Positions 27,509 to 32,000 of a stretch of 32,000 bases of DNA are shown piece after piece. The stretch spans positions 1,800,001 through 1,832,000 of the forward strand of contig NC_007614.1 in assembly GCF_000196355.1 (NCBI RefSeq). The letters run 5' to 3'. A program made the translations under genes and the position numbers. How positions within the stretch are numbered: position 1 is the stretch's first letter; each line of letters starts with the position of its first letter. Under the pieces are notes generated by a model that saw only the letters and a list, made by a program, of their open reading frames with translations, ran no database searches and was not told the DNA's origin. The DNA comes from Nitrosospira multiformis ATCC 25196. Lineage in GTDB: Bacteria > Pseudomonadota > Gammaproteobacteria > Burkholderiales > Nitrosomonadaceae.

Positions 27509-28852
27509 TCAAGGCCTCTGGAAATCGTACAGCGAACCAAATCCCAGTATAGTCGTCAGTTCGTCCAATGCAGCACGGCTCTCCTGCAGGAGAGCCGGAT
27601 CACCCAGATCAGTTGGTGAAAGGCACTCGCGGTAATGCTTTTCGATCCATGCCTTGAGGTCATTGTAGAGGCACTCATCAAGAATCACGCGGCTGTTTTC
27701 CTGCACAGCATCAAGTTCCGGTTCGGTTAGCACGACACGAAGTCGCAGGCAGGCAGGCCCTCCTCCGTTTTTCATGCTTTGACGCAAATCTACATACTCG
27801 ACATGCGCAATGGGATTAGCGGCATCCTGCACAACGCGTTCGAGAAAGTTTCTGGCAGAATGAGAGTCCCGGCACTCCGAGGGCGCGAGGATCATCATCT
27901 CGTTACCGGGAAGAGTAAGAAGCTGGGCATTAAAGAGATAAGTCCTCACCGCCTCGGCAAGCGTGACATCTTCTTCCCCAGTCCTGATGAAGTGGATCGG
28001 CCAGTCGCATGCCTTTGTAATTCTAGCTTCGGTTTCCTCCCAATCCCGGTATGCCGCTTCGTGGTAAAACAGGACATCGCAGTTTGCCACCGCCAGCACG
28101 TCGTTATGAAACGCCCCTGCATCGATGGCCGCAGGGCCTTGCTGCACGAACAATTCCTTTCCACGCTTGATTTGGTGCAACCTTGCAACCGCTTCGCTGG
28201 CCTCCAGCGACTGGCGTGCAGGAAATCGCAGCGGCTTGGGAATATCGCGGCTGGCAGAGCGGCCAAAGACAAAAATCTCCACCCCGGGTTCACCGTGCCT
28301 TGGGCAGAGACGCATGTGGTTGGCAGCCCCCTCATCTCCAAAATAAAGATTGGACGGCAGGGGATCGTGGTGCACAAAATAGCGCTCATTACTGAACACC
28401 CGTTTCAAAACGGCACTGGTAACAGGCGCCTCGATGCTTCGATGAAATTGCGAGGGTAGATTGGCAGCCGTAAGATGCACCTTGCCATCCTCGGTATCGG
28501 CGCTCGGCGAAACAGTGGCGGCGTTGGCCACCCACATGCTGGATGCGGACGAGCAGGCGCGCAGAAGGCCGGGAGCAACCTTTGCCGCGCACCGGATGAT
28601 GGTTGCATCCTCCCCGGTAAATCCCAGCTTTCGGAGCACCGAAACAGCTGGACGTTCCTGCGGCGGCAGAACGCCCTGCATGAGGCCGAGATCAGCAAGC
28701 CGTTTCATTTTTTCCAATCCCTGCAATGCCGCTTCGCGGGGATTGGAATTTGTCAGGGCACTCTCTGCAGAAGCGATATTTCCTACCGCCAGTCCACCAT
28801 AATTGTGCGTGGGCCCTACCAATCCGTCAAAATTGGCTTCGTAAGCGTTCAT
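27509..28852 (-). CDS. astB: N-succinylarginine dihydrolase
   Basis: MNAYEANFDGLVGPTHNYGGLAVGNIAS...; RKLGF, CSASSMWVANAATVSPSADTEDGKVHLTAANLPSQFHRSIE, YFVHHDPLP, GDEGAANHMRLCP, QQGPAAIDAGAFHNDVLAVAN, MKNGGGPACLRLRVVL: characteristic AstB. Confidence 0.97.
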   Translation of the reverse strand: MNAYEANFDGLVGPTHNYGGLAVGNIASAESALTNSNPREAALQGLEKMKRLADLGLMQGVLPPQERPAVSVLRKLGFTGEDATIIRCAAKVAPGLLRACSSASSMWVANAATVSPSADTEDGKVHLTAANLPSQFHRSIEAPVTSAVLKRVFSNERYFVHHDPLPSNLYFGDEGAANHMRLCPRHGEPGVEIFVFGRSASRDIPKPLRFPARQSLEASEAVARLHQIKRGKELFVQQGPAAIDAGAFHNDVLAVANCDVLFYHEAAYRDWEETEARITKACDWPIHFIRTGEEDVTLAEAVRTYLFNAQLLTLPGNEMMILAPSECRDSHSARNFLERVVQDAANPIAHVEYVDLRQSMKNGGGPACLRLRVVLTEPELDAVQENSRVILDECLYNDLKAWIEKHYRECLSPTDLGDPALLQESRAALDELTTILGFGSLYDFQRP

Positions 28853-28899
28853 TGCTTTGCAAATGGAGTATCGGAGTGCACTTTGTCGACGGAAGAATC

Positions 28900-29208
28900 T
28901 TAAGCCTGGGGCCGGGACCGCGCGGAATCTATTCCTTTTTTAACCGGAAGAAACGCGCTGGCGCAAGCCTGTTCGAGCCGCCGAGCCTTTTTTTCCAGCG
29001 CGCCCACCACCAGCTTCTGGACACGCCGGTGAGGAAGCGCCTCGCCCGCCGCCCAGCGCGAAACCGTGGACGGAGCAAATTCGAACTCGGCTGCAATGGC
29101 ACGCTGCGAAACTCCCGCAATATCGCCATGCTGAACCAGCCAGGAAAATTCGACCGCATCCCCGTTCCATTCGGCGCAAAGGTGCCGATACTGCTCTATT
29201 GTAACCAT
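28900..29208 (-). CDS. Small helix-turn-helix DNA-binding protein
   Basis: Likely start ATG at 29208 (MVTIEQYRHLCAEWNG); ISQ-like HTH segment VSQRAIAAEFEFAPSTVSRWAAGEALPHRRVQKLVV. Confidence 0.7.
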   Translation of the reverse strand: MVTIEQYRHLCAEWNGDAVEFSWLVQHGDIAGVSQRAIAAEFEFAPSTVSRWAAGEALPHRRVQKLVVGALEKKARRLEQACASAFLPVKKGIDSARSRPQA

Positions 29209-29488
29209 TACTTTCCGTACCTCATTAGCAAATCTCCAAAACATCCAACCGTGCAGCACGCAATTATTTATATATTCTTTTCTCTTTTGTGTCAAAACAT
29301 TATCTTGAGACATGCAATGGCCTGTTCAGAAATCACCTGAAGCCTACGGATTTGGCCACGGGATTGAATTCTGTGAAACAGATCCCATCTAACAGCCGCT
29401 ATTCCAGGAGGTGTCTGCCAGAATCTGTCGTAGCTCCTCCTTTTTCCTTTTTGCCATCGGAATATGACAAGCGCCACAGGAGAGCGAG

Positions 29489-30250
29489 ATGCCAGACACT
29501 ACTCATGCAACCATCCGGTCAGCACGCCTTGGAGATGTCGAGCACATATTGGCGGAATATCGGCAAGCCGTTGCAGAACTGCCGCGGGAAGAATCCGCAA
29601 ACCTGTTATGGCGGCCTTACGATGAATTCAAGGCCGCAGTCGAGAACGGTCTGTTTTTTGTCATAGAGAATGCCGTGGGTAGTTTCATGGCAGGGGCTGG
29701 TGTGTTCGACTTGCCAGGTTCGGTCGAAAAAGAACTGGGGATGTGTTACGTAAAAAAGGAATGGAGAGGCTATGGATTGCAGAACCTCCTTTTGCAAATC
29801 AGAATTTGCGCTGCGACACTGGGTCACGTTCCGGATAAAAGCGGAGAAGATGCCGCCACAAAAAGCTTTGCGGCGTTAATTACCGGAGTAAAGCCGGCCA
29901 ATGAACATTCTGCTGCCAATACTGAACGGCTTGGCTTCGAACCTCTCCCGACACCTCCATCGGCGTTGTTCAATGCCTGCGCTTCCTGCCGTACGCCTCC
30001 TGCCCGGGACTCAGGACGGAAGTGCTGCTGCGATTTTTTCTATCTGTCCGACGCCAGACGCGCGGAAGCCATCGAAAAAAGCCTGCAGATGGAAAACTGG
30101 AGTCGGACGCGAAACGGACATGGGCTTATCGTGGCATTGAAAATTCGCCACCTGCTGGACATCGATTTTCGCAATGCGCTGCATGATATTGTACAAGAAC
30201 TGCGCGCCCAGGAACCGCGGGTTCCAACGCCTGGAAAGCAAGTGAAATGA
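29489..30250 (+). CDS. GNAT-like N-acetyltransferase domain protein
   Basis: ATIRSARLGDVEHILAEYRQAV...NGLFFVIENAVGSFMAGAGVFDLP...ELGMCYVKKEWRGYGLQNLLLQIRICAATLG...EHSAANTERLGFEPL; GAGCGAG before ATG at 29489. Confidence 0.72.
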   Translation: MPDTTHATIRSARLGDVEHILAEYRQAVAELPREESANLLWRPYDEFKAAVENGLFFVIENAVGSFMAGAGVFDLPGSVEKELGMCYVKKEWRGYGLQNLLLQIRICAATLGHVPDKSGEDAATKSFAALITGVKPANEHSAANTERLGFEPLPTPPSALFNACASCRTPPARDSGRKCCCDFFYLSDARRAEAIEKSLQMENWSRTRNGHGLIVALKIRHLLDIDFRNALHDIVQELRAQEPRVPTPGKQVK

Positions 30251-30516
30251 GTTGGCTTCTTGAAGAATCTCATCCGGGATGCGGCATTTGGCTGGAGCCT
30301 TTGAGTCTGTCGATATCACTCCGGTGTTCTATGCGCTTTCGCAGAGAAAGGCAGGACACGTGCACGAGCGGTTTTTCTCGCTGTCACGGTTGCCTCTTCC
30401 CGCCCTTGCATAGTCGCCTCGCCAGCAAAATACCGTTCGAGATCCGGGGCTCATGCACCGGGAGGCAAACGGATCGTAGATATCGTGAATATTTTCCCTT
30501 TCAGCAAGGCTCCTGC

Positions 30517-31167
30517 TTACTCTGATTTGTTCTCCCCCCGGGCACCGGCGGGCTTGCGGTTGAAAGAACCCATTTCCGGAACGGATGGAAGATCTGTGAA
30601 GGTATGCGACAACACGAAGAGAAGGGTGTAGTCATTGTAGTAGGCATCCGCCAGGAAAGCAGAGGTCGAGCCAAGAAAATTCCCTGCTGGCAAGCCAAAG
30701 ACATTCAGGTGAAATTTCGCATATCCGGTCTGATACTGGGATTTGTAGAGCGCCAATTCCGGCAGCGAAAATGGAATGAACTGACTCTGGACCGGGGGCA
30801 TTCCCATGAATGTCCCCGACAATTCCGTTCCCAGGGCTTCCACGACCACGTCGACCCGATGCGTGGCATCCTTGCCGTCTTTCTGTACCAGATAACCTTG
30901 CTGGCCCAGCCATCCGGTTAAAACCTGCTGCAGAAAAGCCTGGTCGGGTGTCATTCCTACGGTGGTGATCGCCACGCCTGCTCCGCGGGGAATAGGCAGA
31001 AATTCTCCTGGCTCATTGGGAAAGCTTCTTTTTACTGCTTCACTCAGGAGGAGTTGTTCGACCGCTGTTCTTGATGATTGAGTGTTGCGCTGCATAGTCG
31101 AGCACCCGGCCAGCAGTATGATGGCGGTTGCCAAAGCAAGGGTTTGCAAGAAATCGATTGTTCTCAT
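30517..31167 (-). CDS. Hypothetical lipoprotein, 216 aa
   Basis: MRTIDFLQTLALATAIILLAGCSTMQRN: signal peptide with lipobox LLAGC; ends before 30517. Confidence 0.85.
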   Translation of the reverse strand: MRTIDFLQTLALATAIILLAGCSTMQRNTQSSRTAVEQLLLSEAVKRSFPNEPGEFLPIPRGAGVAITTVGMTPDQAFLQQVLTGWLGQQGYLVQKDGKDATHRVDVVVEALGTELSGTFMGMPPVQSQFIPFSLPELALYKSQYQTGYAKFHLNVFGLPAGNFLGSTSAFLADAYYNDYTLLFVLSHTFTDLPSVPEMGSFNRKPAGARGENKSE

Positions 31168-31253
31168 TTTCTACCCCGGTTTCTGCTACTGAAAGGAAGA
31201 ATGAAATAGAGAGCTATGAATACGAGCACACGCAAACAAGCGCAAGCCTGCGA

Positions 31254-32000
31254 TCAATCGCCTCGCGGCTTCCTCTCGCGATCGGCCCTGTTGGCGCGGG
31301 AAATGGCCGAAAACAGCCATATTGCCCCAATCGTTGCACAGGCAAAGCCGAGCAGACTGAAGAAAGGGACGCCCCATAGAGTGGGCCCGGTGGAAACTGC
31401 CATCACGACTGAGGAACCCACGATGACAGCGGCAACCACGATACCCACGACCAACCGGTTGACTGCACCGTCCAGTTGATCACCAACGTGTTTGAGATGC
31501 GCCACCTCGATATGAATATCCACTTTGCCCCGACGGGCGGAACGCAACAATCGCGAGAGATCGCGAGGCAGATTGCTTAGCAGGCTTGCCAGCTCGATCG
31601 CTGTGCGCCATCCGCGCTTTGCCATGGCGGCTGGCGCGTAACGGATAGCCATTGCATCCCGTAACAGGGGCAGTGCTTCGCCTGCGATATCCAGTTCCGG
31701 ATCGAGCTCTCTTCCTGTGCCTTCAAGCGTAATGAACGCCTTGAAAAAGAGCGCAAGATCGGGCGGCAGATGCAGCCGATGTCCGCGCAGGATGGCAACA
31801 AGATCTGCAAGCATGGAACCAAGCTTGAGCTGCTTTAGAGGAACGCCCAGATATTGATCGACAAACAGCTGGATTTCAGTCTTAAGCGCTTCTTCGTTGA
31901 CATCCCCCTCCCCGGTCCAGTCGAGCAACACACCGGCTACCGCGGCGGAATCATACTGAACCAACCCGAGTAAAAGATGAATCAGCTCTCCGCGCCGTGC
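31254..32000 (-). CDS. C-terminal part of an ABC1 kinase / UbiB (AarF)-family protein, continues beyond the window
   Basis: Open frame extends upstream to the window edge (RRGELIHLLLGLVQYDSAAVAGVLLDW...); PPDLALFFKAFITLEGTGRELDPELDIAGEALPLL...; two C-terminal transmembrane-like segments. Confidence 0.85.
   Translation of the reverse strand, partial: ARRGELIHLLLGLVQYDSAAVAGVLLDWTGEGDVNEEALKTEIQLFVDQYLGVPLKQLKLGSMLADLVAILRGHRLHLPPDLALFFKAFITLEGTGRELDPELDIAGEALPLLRDAMAIRYAPAAMAKRGWRTAIELASLLSNLPRDLSRLLRSARRGKVDIHIEVAHLKHVGDQLDGAVNRLVVGIVVAAVIVGSSVVMAVSTGPTLWGVPFFSLLGFACATIGAIWLFSAISRANRADRERKPRGD

Noticed and set aside
29405-29445. AGGAGG ... CCTCCTTTTT as a possible terminator or small-RNA end
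   Set aside because: Arms are only six bases with a loop of about 24 nt and there is no upstream plus-strand gene; too weak to call.
1-32000. Defence, secretion-effector or biosynthetic gene cluster
   Set aside because: No nuclease/helicase/methyltransferase, toxin-antitoxin, NRPS/PKS or phage structural signatures were seen; the single-gene neighbourhoods look like ordinary chromosomal content with IS scars.

Overview
The window is a chromosomal segment with a beta/gammaproteobacterial gene repertoire; taxonomy is inferred from gene content only. It carries about 25 supportable coding regions. Main contents: (i) an IS5-family transposase remnant that appears to split a small membrane-protein gene (1-783); (ii) a ~1069-aa type V autotransporter with near-identical 204-bp tandem passenger repeats (933-4142, minus); (iii) an IS3-family (IS407-like) element whose orfB is frameshifted, inserted next to a Spy/CpxP-like periplasmic protein gene (4935-6567); (iv) assorted single genes: polysaccharide deacetylase, FMN reductase, MDR-type oxidoreductase, DUF2383-like protein, lipoproteins, DUF4399-like protein, SRPBCC, alpha/beta hydrolase, TPR protein, YCII/DGPF protein; (v) tex directly downstream of a complete Mrp-type cation/proton antiporter operon with fused A+B subunits (17278-25917, minus); (vi) NlpC/P60 lipoprotein, VOC protein, astB without neighbouring ast genes, a small HTH protein, a GNAT-like protein, a lipoprotein and the C-terminus of an ABC1/UbiB-family kinase. 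I found no CRISPR array, rRNA or tRNA, prophage or recognisable defence cassette, and nothing I can honestly call a new biological system. The items most worth follow-up are the homogenised autotransporter repeats, the interrupted gene at the left edge, the astB gene without its pathway neighbours, and short palindromic intergenic repeats sharing a GGGTCAGA core.
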